Source: an uncultured archaeon (GTDB lineage Archaea; Asgardarchaeota; Jordiarchaeia; Jordiarchaeales; Jordiarchaeaceae). Taken from it: 11,733 nt of DNA. Both the position numbers and the translations under genes were made by a program. The notes beneath the pieces are model-generated. The model did not search any database. It was not told where the DNA came from and saw only the letters and a list, made by a program, of their open reading frames with translations. Each line of letters begins with the position of its first letter. Position 1 is the first letter of the stretch. Location of the stretch: the NCBI GenBank assembly GCA_964510585.1, contig CAZECW010000170.1:1-11733 (forward strand). Reading direction: 5' to 3'. Below are positions 1-7,469 of this stretch, one piece after another.

Positions 1-134
1 TCCAGGCATCCCTGGGGTGCTATGGGGCAGTAGCGGTTCACGATTTCTCGGAATTTCAGTTTCTGCAGCATGGGTTCGGTTAGGGCTAGGACTCCTATGC
101 GCCTAGTTTCGGCTCCTCCTGTAAACTCAATCAT
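1..134 (-). CDS. Probable IS1634-family transposase, N-terminal 44 aa only (DUF4277-like); runs off the left edge of the window
   Basis: My own translation from ATG at 134 gives MIEFTGGAETRRIGVLALTEPMLQKLKFREIVNRYCPIAPQGCL, open to the window edge. An SD-like AGGGAG lies upstream. The pattern TRRIG.LAL...ML..L.F.EIVN..CP resembles, from recall, the DUF4277 N-terminus of IS1634 transposases. Bases 1-130 are about 54% GC by hand count, higher than the flanking DNA. Confidence 0.65.
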   Translation of the reverse strand, partial: MIEFTGGAETRRIGVLALTEPMLQKLKFREIVNRYCPIAPQGCL

Positions 135-205
135 AAAAAGTTCTCCCTGTGATATACCATAAACTTATATCTACACAACCCTACTTAAGAAGTGCGAAAT
201 ACAAG
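1..205 (-). mobile_element. Left (transposase-upstream) end of a probable IS1634-family insertion sequence, partial
   Basis: Transposase-like ORF at 1-134. AGTGCGAAATACAAG at 191-205 resembles my recollection of IS1634-type termini (TGCGGAATG-like), and composition becomes very AT-rich after about 205. The partner inverted repeat and target duplication are outside the window, so the boundary is inferred. Confidence 0.45.
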
Positions 206-330
206 TTTAAATAAACTTTAAAAACTCATCCATGGGATAGTAAAAGCTTAAAGGTTTAAATGTTCTCGGTTCTAAAAACAAAAATATATCTAAAAACTTA
301 TTCTAACAAAAAGTGTTACTAAGAGCTATT

Positions 331-335
331 GGAGG
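331..335 (+). promoter_or_regulatory. Shine-Dalgarno GGAGG for the 345 ORF
   Basis: GGAGG lies 9 nt upstream of the ATG at 345. Confidence 0.75.
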
Positions 336-344
336 AAAAAAAAT

Positions 345-725
345 ATGCCAAAGAAAGCAAAAGCCAAGAAGGAGATAGAGGAGATAGAGGAGGAGGAAAT
401 AGAAGAAATCGTTGAAGAAATGGAAAAAGAGGCAGTAGAAGAAAAAAAGAAAAAGAAAAAGGTAGAGAAAGAAGAGAAGGAAGTGGTGAAAAAGGAGGGG
501 GAAAAGGAGGAACGAGAAAAAAGAGAACCCATAGTTAGAGACGACCTATCCGAGATTGAAAATGAGATTTTAAGGATTATAGCAAACGAGCCGAGGAGAC
601 CAAGAGCCATTACAAGAATTTTGAAGGGTAAATTGAACCAGAATGAGGTAGTAGTTCTCCTAAGAAAGTTGGAGGAGAAAAAAGTCGTCAAAAGAGAAGG
701 AGCCAAATCCTGGATAGCCGCTTAA
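345..725 (+). CDS. Hypothetical protein, 126 aa: K/E-rich low-complexity N-terminal half plus C-terminal winged helix-turn-helix domain
   Basis: Strong SD and ATG start. Residues about 1-62 are mostly E and K. Residues about 68-126 (LSEIENEILRII...QNEVVVLLRKLEEKKVVKREG..W) show the helix1-turn-helix3-wing hydrophobic pattern of wHTH domains. Confidence 0.8.
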   Translation: MPKKAKAKKEIEEIEEEEIEEIVEEMEKEAVEEKKKKKKVEKEEKEVVKKEGEKEEREKREPIVRDDLSEIENEILRIIANEPRRPRAITRILKGKLNQNEVVVLLRKLEEKKVVKREGAKSWIAA

Positions 726-743
726 AAACCAGGTAAAATTGTT

Positions 744-2123
744 TCACATGTCCAGTTTACCAGGGTTCAGAATGCCTTTAGGATCAAATACCTCCTTTAT
801 CTTTTTTATGTATTTTAATCCTCCTCCGTGTATTCTTCCCATCCACTCTGCTCTTAGTGCTCCTATCCCATGCTCAGCAGAAATGTTTCCCCCAAGAGAC
901 ATGGCAGTTTCATAAACTTCTCTAGCCAAGTTTTTTAGTTTTCGCCATTCTTCAGGATTCCTCACATCTATTAGTACTCCAGAATGAATGTTGCCGTCTC
1001 CCGCATGGCCATAGAGGCCTACAGGGATTCCATATTTTTTTGATATTTCTTGAAATCTTTTCACCATATCTGGAATTTTGGAAATAGGCACACAAACATC
1101 TTCCGCTTCGTAGACGCGTACCAGTCTTCTATCTAGATTCATAATCGCCCCACCAGCGGCTTCTCTTCCCTGCCACAGCATTAGTTTTTTTTCTGGATCA
1201 GCAGTCCATTGAACGTTTAGAGATTTATGATTTTTACACGTTTCAACAATGATTTTGATTTGATTCTGAACCTCTTCACGTGTACCATCAACTTCAAAGT
1301 ATAGTATGGCTTCAACCTCAGGTAGGTTTAATTCTTTAATATAAGCGTTTACTGCCTTGATAATTCCGCGATCCATTATCTCAATCGCAGCAGGCACCGT
1401 ACGGCTAAGAACAGAGTTAACTGCTTTGGTGGCTTCGTAGATATCTTCAAATGGAGCCACTATTACCGCGGTTTCCTCTGGTAGAGGTATTATCCTAAGC
1501 AAGGCTTCTGTAATTATGCCGAGCGTCCCCTCGGTTCCCACAAACAGTTGCAATAAATCCAAACCTAAACTTCTCTTCAGAGTTTTGCCCCCTAGCTCAA
1601 GCACTTCACCCGACGCTAAAACAACCTTAAGGCCCAGAACAAAATTTCTGGTAACCCCATACTTTACCGCGGTCATTCCCCCAGCATTTGTAGAAATCAT
1701 GCCTCCAATAGTGCACATTTTCTTGCTACCAGGAGTGGGGGGGAAAAAGAACCCACGCTTATTTAAAACTTGGTTAAGCTCATTCTGAATCACTCCTGGC
1801 TCCACCTTGACGCAGAAGTTATCCAAGTCGATTTCTAGTATTTTGTTCATCTTAGAAAGGTCTATAACTATTCCTCCCTTGAGGGGAACCGCCCCTCCGC
1901 ATAGACCAGTCGCAGCACCCCTAGGAGTCACTGGTATTTCGTTAGTATTGGCGAACTTCATTATCTCAGAAACATGGTCTGTGGTCTGAGGAAAAACAAC
2001 CACATCTGGAATTGAACTATATAGAGAAGCATCCATAGAGTAACAATACCTGTCAACAATGTCACTTTTAACATTCTCCTCTCCAACAATACCACACAAA
2101 CTTTTTATCAGATCTTCTTCCAA
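744..2123 (-). CDS. FAD-linked oxidoreductase, GlcD / D-lactate dehydrogenase-like (FAD_binding_4 plus FAD-oxidase_C)
   Basis: Motifs PRGAATGLCGGAVP, TIGGMISTNAGG..AVKYGVTR, GTEGTLGIIT, HAGDGNIH, SAEHGIG and FDPKGILNPGK. TTG start at 2123 with SD GAGGTG upstream. Substrate cannot be assigned. Confidence 0.92.
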   Translation of the reverse strand: MEEDLIKSLCGIVGEENVKSDIVDRYCYSMDASLYSSIPDVVVFPQTTDHVSEIMKFANTNEIPVTPRGAATGLCGGAVPLKGGIVIDLSKMNKILEIDLDNFCVKVEPGVIQNELNQVLNKRGFFFPPTPGSKKMCTIGGMISTNAGGMTAVKYGVTRNFVLGLKVVLASGEVLELGGKTLKRSLGLDLLQLFVGTEGTLGIITEALLRIIPLPEETAVIVAPFEDIYEATKAVNSVLSRTVPAAIEIMDRGIIKAVNAYIKELNLPEVEAILYFEVDGTREEVQNQIKIIVETCKNHKSLNVQWTADPEKKLMLWQGREAAGGAIMNLDRRLVRVYEAEDVCVPISKIPDMVKRFQEISKKYGIPVGLYGHAGDGNIHSGVLIDVRNPEEWRKLKNLAREVYETAMSLGGNISAEHGIGALRAEWMGRIHGGGLKYIKKIKEVFDPKGILNPGKLDM

Positions 2124-2185
2124 TATAGAAACACCTCATACAGGAACTGAATGCCACCAAAGCAACTGGTTCTTCCAGAAAAGGC

Positions 2186-2217
2186 GATGACAAATGGGAG
2201 TTAAATATATTGTCATC
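2186..2217 (-). promoter_or_regulatory. Candidate promoter/operator of the GlcD-like gene: 8-bp inverted repeat flanking a TATA-like element
   Basis: GATGACAA (2186-2193) and TTGTCATC (2210-2217) are a perfect inverted repeat with a 16-nt spacer. The minus strand reads TATATTTAA between the arms, about 80 nt upstream of the start codon. Confidence 0.5.
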
Positions 2218-2271
2218 AAACATTTTCACTTAATTTTTAGAATTTTAGGGTAAAAATTAGTAGGTGCTCTT

Positions 2272-5200
2272 TTATTTGGAAATGACTGTAGGACTTTCGA
2301 CTCTTTCTATGTACTCGTTTAGAGATTTTGCAGTCAGTTTTTTATTTCTCATAGCCTTTAGGGCTTTAACCAGAGCACTAGCCATTTTAAGGTTTGTTAC
2401 CACGGGAATATTGTATTCCGTAGCCTTCCTCCTTATCACATACTCGTCGCTCATCATCTCGGCAAACTTTTCAAGAGTGCCAGTTCTCACAATATTTATT
2501 ACCAGATCGATTTTACGGTTGACAAGGTAGTCTCTTATGTTTGGCTTTCTTTGTGTCTCCCTCATCTTGTAAACGGTTTCCACATTATTCAAACCTTCCC
2601 TTAAAAAGGCTTCAGCAGTATGCTCTGTTGCGTAGATTTTGTAGCCCATTTCCGAAAGTTCTCTTGCCAGGGGCAAAAGTTTTTCCTTAAGCTCCTTACC
2701 CCCAACACTTATTAGCACACTTCCACCATTTAAGGGCACTTTAAACTCCGCGGCTAAAAGAGCCTTTAGGAAGGCTTCATCAAAGCTCTCCCCGAGACAA
2801 GCTACTTCGCCAGTTGAAACCATCTCCACTCCAAGTACGGGGTCGGCTCCCTCGAGGCGCATAAATGAAAATTGGGGGACCTTAATTCCAGTATAAGGAA
2901 TTTCTGGTGAGCGAAGAGCATTTATCTCCCTTAACTTTTTGCCCAACATGACCGCCGCAGCCTTCTCCATAAGATTGATGCCCTTAGTTTTACTTACAAA
3001 CGGCATTGATCTGGAGGCTCTCAAATTACATTCAATGACATATACTTCACCATTTTTAACTAGATACTGAATGTTAAAGGGCCCCTTAATATGAAGGGCC
3101 TTGGCAATTTTGTGACTGTAATGCTCCACCTTGTCTATCGTATCCTTTGATAGGCTGTGGGTTGGTATGCTCATTGTTGCGTCACCGGAGTGAACACCGG
3201 CGTCTTCCACATGTTCTATAACTGCCCCTATAAGAACATCTTCACCATCACAAACCCCATCTACTTCAACTTCTCTAGCCCCTTCTATGAATTTGGATAT
3301 TACTACAGGATGCTCTTTTGAGACTCTAGCGGCTATGACCAAGAAGTCTTCTAAATGTTCATCGCTGTAAGCCACCCTCATAGCTGCTCCTGAGAGAACA
3401 TAGCTTGGTCGAACCAGTACAGGGTACCCCACCTTGTTGGCGAAGTTTTTTGCCTCTTCAAACGATGAAAGCTTCTGCCATGGTGGTTGGGGAATATTCA
3501 GTGAGTCTAGAAGGGCGCTAAACTTGGCTCTGTCCTCTGCCCTGTCAATGTCTTCCGCACTTGTTCCCAGAATTTTTACGCCATTATTAGCCAGTCTCAT
3601 GGCTATATTGTTGGGCATCTGCCCACCCACAGAAACAATAATCCCAAGAGGATTTTCTTTTTCGTATATGTCCATTACCCTTTCAAAGCTCAATTCTTCG
3701 AAGTATAGTTTATCACTCATATCATAATCAGTTGAAACGGTCTCCGGATTGTAATTAACCATTATGGCCTCGTCCACGCCGTTATTTTTTAAGGCTAGAG
3801 TCGTGTTTACACAGCACCAATCGAATTCCACAGAACTGCCGATTCTATATGTTCCAGCTCCCAGAACTATAACTTTCTTCTTATCCTCGAAAACGATGTC
3901 GTCTTCTTCTCCTCCATAGGTCATGTATAGATAATTTGTTTTTGCTGGCCACTCAGCTGCCAGAGTGTCTATCTGGTTTACTACAGGCAGTATACCAAGT
4001 TTCTTCCTCAGTTTTCTTATCTCATCTTCACTTGTGTTCAGACAATTGGCGATTTGCTCATCTGAAAAACCTAGTCTTTTAGCCTCCTTCAAAGCCTTCT
4101 TAAGCTCTGGAGAATCAAGGTTAAGGTTTTTCAAATACTTCTCCATGTTAATTATGTTCTGTATCTTGTATAGAAACCATTTATCGATACCACTCAACGA
4201 ATAAATTTCATCAACCGAAACCCCCCTCTTCAATGCCTTAACTATTTTGAATATTCTTTCATCAGTAGGATTAGCTAAAAGATATTTTATATGCTCTATG
4301 GGCTCTGGTTTAATCTCATCCAAATTCCCCACTAATCCTAAAGCGCCAATATCCAGCATTCGAACTGCCTTTTGAATAGCCTCCTCAAAGCACCGACCGA
4401 TGGCCATAACCTCCCCCACACTTTTCATTTGCGTGCCGATGTGTCTATTGACATTGATAAACTTTTGAAGATCCCATCGGGGTACTTTAACAACCACATA
4501 GTCTAAAGCAGGCTCAAAACAAGCCGTAGTTACACCAGTTACCTTGTTGGTTAGTTCAGGCAGAGTGTATCCTATGGCTAGTTTTGCGGCAATGTATGCT
4601 AGGGGGTAGCCTGTGGCTTTTGATGCAAGTGCTGAAGAACGTGATAGCCGAGCGTTGACCTCAACAGCGTAGAAATCAAGCGACTGGGGATCTAATGCGT
4701 ATTGGATGTTACATTCTCCTATAATTCCCAAATATCGTATAACCCGAATAGAAGCTTCCCTGAGAGTGTGGTACTCTTTGTTTGTGAGAGTTTGACTGGG
4801 AGCCACCACGATCGATTCTCCAGTGTGAATACCCATCGGATCAAAGTTCTCCATGTTACACACGGTTATACAGTTATTGTCAGAGTCACGAACCACTTCG
4901 TATTCTATCTCTTTCCATTTACCGACGTACCGTTCTATAAGAACTTGGGAAATCATGCTCTGAGCTAAGGCTCTACCTACAATATCTTCAAGTTCGTCCT
5001 TATTGTGGACTACACCAGAACCCTGCCCACCTAAAGTGTACGCTACTCTAACCATTACAGGATAACCTATTTTCTCAGCTATTTTAAGAGCCTCATCCAC
5101 AGAGGAAGCAGTGGCACTATCCAGAACCTTAACTCCGGCTTCCATCATCGCCCTTCTGAAAAGTTCCCTATCCTCAGTGAGTTCTATGGCTCTAATAGGC

Positions 5201-5553
5201 GTTCCTAAGACCTCGACATTGTATTTTTCAAGAACACCGCTTTTAGCTAGTTCAACGCCACAGTTAAGTGCAGTTTGACCCCCGAAGCTCAGTAGAATTC
5301 CATCAGGCTTTTCTCTCCTTATAATCTCCTCAACAAAATAGGGAGTGACAGGTAACAAATACACTCTATCCGCAAATCCGGGGTCCGTTTGGATGGTTGC
5401 TATGTTTGGATTTACCAGAATAGTTTCAATGCCCTCCTCTCTCATTGCCTTCAAAGCCTGACTTCCAGAATAGTCAAACTCTCCAGCCTGACCAATTCTT
5501 ACTGCTCCACTTCCCAGTATTAAGACCTTTTTAATCCAGCCAAGCTTAGGCAT
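2272..5553 (-). CDS. carB: Carbamoyl-phosphate synthase large subunit
   Basis: Two ATP-grasp halves (IGQAGEFDYSGSQA; RIGSSVEFDWCC), RSSALASKATGYPLA, an oligomerisation domain and a C-terminal MGS-like domain. The likely start is ATG 5553 (MPKLGW), with SD GGAGA 9 nt upstream, rather than GTG 5562. Confidence 0.98.
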   Translation of the reverse strand: MPKLGWIKKVLILGSGAVRIGQAGEFDYSGSQALKAMREEGIETILVNPNIATIQTDPGFADRVYLLPVTPYFVEEIIRREKPDGILLSFGGQTALNCGVELAKSGVLEKYNVEVLGTPIRAIELTEDRELFRRAMMEAGVKVLDSATASSVDEALKIAEKIGYPVMVRVAYTLGGQGSGVVHNKDELEDIVGRALAQSMISQVLIERYVGKWKEIEYEVVRDSDNNCITVCNMENFDPMGIHTGESIVVAPSQTLTNKEYHTLREASIRVIRYLGIIGECNIQYALDPQSLDFYAVEVNARLSRSSALASKATGYPLAYIAAKLAIGYTLPELTNKVTGVTTACFEPALDYVVVKVPRWDLQKFINVNRHIGTQMKSVGEVMAIGRCFEEAIQKAVRMLDIGALGLVGNLDEIKPEPIEHIKYLLANPTDERIFKIVKALKRGVSVDEIYSLSGIDKWFLYKIQNIINMEKYLKNLNLDSPELKKALKEAKRLGFSDEQIANCLNTSEDEIRKLRKKLGILPVVNQIDTLAAEWPAKTNYLYMTYGGEEDDIVFEDKKKVIVLGAGTYRIGSSVEFDWCCVNTTLALKNNGVDEAIMVNYNPETVSTDYDMSDKLYFEELSFERVMDIYEKENPLGIIVSVGGQMPNNIAMRLANNGVKILGTSAEDIDRAEDRAKFSALLDSLNIPQPPWQKLSSFEEAKNFANKVGYPVLVRPSYVLSGAAMRVAYSDEHLEDFLVIAARVSKEHPVVISKFIEGAREVEVDGVCDGEDVLIGAVIEHVEDAGVHSGDATMSIPTHSLSKDTIDKVEHYSHKIAKALHIKGPFNIQYLVKNGEVYVIECNLRASRSMPFVSKTKGINLMEKAAAVMLGKKLREINALRSPEIPYTGIKVPQFSFMRLEGADPVLGVEMVSTGEVACLGESFDEAFLKALLAAEFKVPLNGGSVLISVGGKELKEKLLPLARELSEMGYKIYATEHTAEAFLREGLNNVETVYKMRETQRKPNIRDYLVNRKIDLVINIVRTGTLEKFAEMMSDEYVIRRKATEYNIPVVTNLKMASALVKALKAMRNKKLTAKSLNEYIERVESPTVISK

Positions 5554-5554
5554 C

Positions 5555-6730
5555 TTATGCACTCTCCAACATGTTCAAGAAAATGTCGAAAATATACTCT
5601 GAGTCTACGGGCCCTGCGGAATGCTCTGGATGGAACTGCACAGAGAAAACGTTAAGCTTTTTGTGTTTGACTCCCTCAACGGTTTTGTCATTTACGTTGA
5701 GGAACCATACTTCCAGCCCCGTATTTTTAAGTGACTCCAAGCTAACTGCATATCCATGATTCTGTGTGGTGATGTAACACCTACCAGTATTCACATCGAC
5801 GCAAGGCTGGTTCTGGGAACGATGCCCGTATTTTAACTTGTAAGTGTCACCGCCACAAGCTAGGGAAACTATTTGATTACCGAAACATATGCCCATCACA
5901 GGAACATTGTTTTCTATTAGGGTGCTGACGGTGGCGATTGTACCTTGAACCTTCTTGGGGTTCCCGGGTCCATTCGTAATTAATATTCCAGAGGGCTTAT
6001 ACTCCATGATTTCTTCTGCAGGGAAGTTATATGGGACCCTCACCACGTCCACCCCGCGGTGCAGGAGTTCACGTAGGATGTTATATTTTACTCCACAGTC
6101 TATGACAACAACTCTTTTTCGGCCCAAATTATTGTAAATTATTGGCTCCTTACATGTAACTTTAGATACGAGATCCGAATCGTTGGGGTCAGGTACTCTC
6201 TTGGCCTCATTAATTAGCTTATCCAAGTCGGGTTCCGCGTTTTCTTCAAAAACTTCTAAGATACCCAACATTACACCGTGTTCCCGAAGCTTTTTCGTTA
6301 ACTTGCGGGTGTCTATTCTCTGTATGCCTGGTACACCCTCATTTTCAAGCCATTTGCCAAGAGTCTGCTGAGACTGCCAATGGTGTGGTGTACTACAATA
6401 CTCGTGAACCGCTAGTCCTTCCACCTTAATACTGTCGGATTCAAAAAAGCTGCGAATCATCCAACGGTCAAAAACATTCCAAGGAGGAACTCCGTAGTTA
6501 CCTATTAAAGGGTAGGTTAGAACCAGAATTTGACCTTCATAGGAGGGGTCGGTGAGTGCTTCAGGGTATCCTACCATTCCAGTATTGAAGACCACTTCGC
6601 CGCAAACCTTACCTGTGGCGCCAAACCCCGTTCCTATAAAATAGGAGCCGTCCTCAAGCACCAGTACAGCTGTTCTTTCTTTTTCGGATAACTCTTTATT
6701 GAACACTGCAACCCTCGGCAAACTCATCAT
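5555..6730 (-). CDS. carA: Carbamoyl-phosphate synthase small (glutaminase) subunit
   Basis: LVLEDGS, GEVVFNTGMVGYPEALTDPSY, NGPGNP, catalytic GICFG (Cys) and SVQFHPE (His/Glu). The start may instead be GTG at 6706. Confidence 0.98.
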   Translation of the reverse strand: MMSLPRVAVFNKELSEKERTAVLVLEDGSYFIGTGFGATGKVCGEVVFNTGMVGYPEALTDPSYEGQILVLTYPLIGNYGVPPWNVFDRWMIRSFFESDSIKVEGLAVHEYCSTPHHWQSQQTLGKWLENEGVPGIQRIDTRKLTKKLREHGVMLGILEVFEENAEPDLDKLINEAKRVPDPNDSDLVSKVTCKEPIIYNNLGRKRVVVIDCGVKYNILRELLHRGVDVVRVPYNFPAEEIMEYKPSGILITNGPGNPKKVQGTIATVSTLIENNVPVMGICFGNQIVSLACGGDTYKLKYGHRSQNQPCVDVNTGRCYITTQNHGYAVSLESLKNTGLEVWFLNVNDKTVEGVKHKKLNVFSVQFHPEHSAGPVDSEYIFDIFLNMLESA

Positions 6731-6736
6731 TCTGAA

Positions 6737-6744
6737 TATTTAAA
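6737..6744 (-). promoter_or_regulatory. TATA box (TTTAAATA) of the carAB promoter
   Basis: Consensus archaeal TATA on the minus strand, preceded by an A-rich BRE-like ATAAAA, directly upstream of carA. Confidence 0.55.
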
Positions 6745-6811
6745 TTTTATGAAGTAAATGGAACAACACTTTGAAAGCAGTGTTCCACTATCCTGAATAA
6801 CCAATAAAGGA

Positions 6812-7354
6812 TTAGCGGTCAAAAAAGATGTTTTTTGAAGAAGCGGATAAGGGAATGCCGAGAATGTAGTCGGCGTCAATCAGATTCAAGAGTTTTGCCG
6901 CAACTCCAATACGGTACATTACCCTGTTATCCACACTTATTAGAGCCGCCGTTTTTACAGCTGAACCAATTGCTATACCTAGGTCGACAAGTTTAAGACA
7001 ACAAAAGGGCCCTGGAAAAGGGACACCGCTTTTTTCATGCTTCAAAAATTCTTCGCAGGTGGGAAAACCACAAGCGCCACAATTAACTTGGGGAGTATCG
7101 GTATTTTTAATTCCCAAAAGTAGAACAGTTATAGCTTGCTCCACTCCCCTGGCGTCTCTATGAAAATTTTCCCCTGCAACTTCAGCCAGTTGATGCATTT
7201 GTTCCGCTATTTTTTTCTTCTCCTCATCAGAAACAAGCGCTATAATAACTGAATCTTGACCCAAACCCTTGGGTGCAGTTTTCGCACTTATCATCATTTG
7301 GAGAGCAACACTCAACACAGCTTCCTTCTTCACATCATCAAAATATTTGACCAT
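6812..7354 (-). CDS. DUF2148 / COG4739-type ferredoxin-domain protein (Cys-rich, putative Fe-S), about 180 aa
   Basis: AKTAPKG, NCGACGFPTC, GPFC, DLGIAIGSAVKTA, VDNRVMYRIG and C-terminal SKNIFFDR are recognisable DUF2148 motifs. Start revised to ATG 7354 (MVKYFDD) because GGAGG lies just upstream. Confidence 0.88.
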   Translation of the reverse strand: MVKYFDDVKKEAVLSVALQMMISAKTAPKGLGQDSVIIALVSDEEKKKIAEQMHQLAEVAGENFHRDARGVEQAITVLLLGIKNTDTPQVNCGACGFPTCEEFLKHEKSGVPFPGPFCCLKLVDLGIAIGSAVKTAALISVDNRVMYRIGVAAKLLNLIDADYILGIPLSASSKNIFFDR

Positions 7355-7469
7355 ACCTAATCCTCCAATTTGTTTTAATAAAACATTTAAAATCCCCTCA
7401 TAGAAAACAATAAGGAAACTAGTTTGTAATTCCATTTATCAATTTTTGAGGGGAAAAATTTCTTTTAAG

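Noticed and set aside
2-12. CCAGGCATCCC, which also occurs at the thermosome 3' end (about 9224-9234)
   Set aside because: An 11-nt match between unrelated coding contexts; consistent with chance.
326-706. 126-aa minus-strand ORF rich in S and F
   Set aside because: It is the antisense shadow of the E/K-rich gene at 345-725, which has the SD and a recognisable domain.
7355-7435. ORF-track N-terminal extension of the DUF2148 gene; likewise HIT 7974-8018 and hsp20 11505-11594
   Set aside because: Each extension contains the SD and/or TATA of a downstream start, and family homology begins after it.
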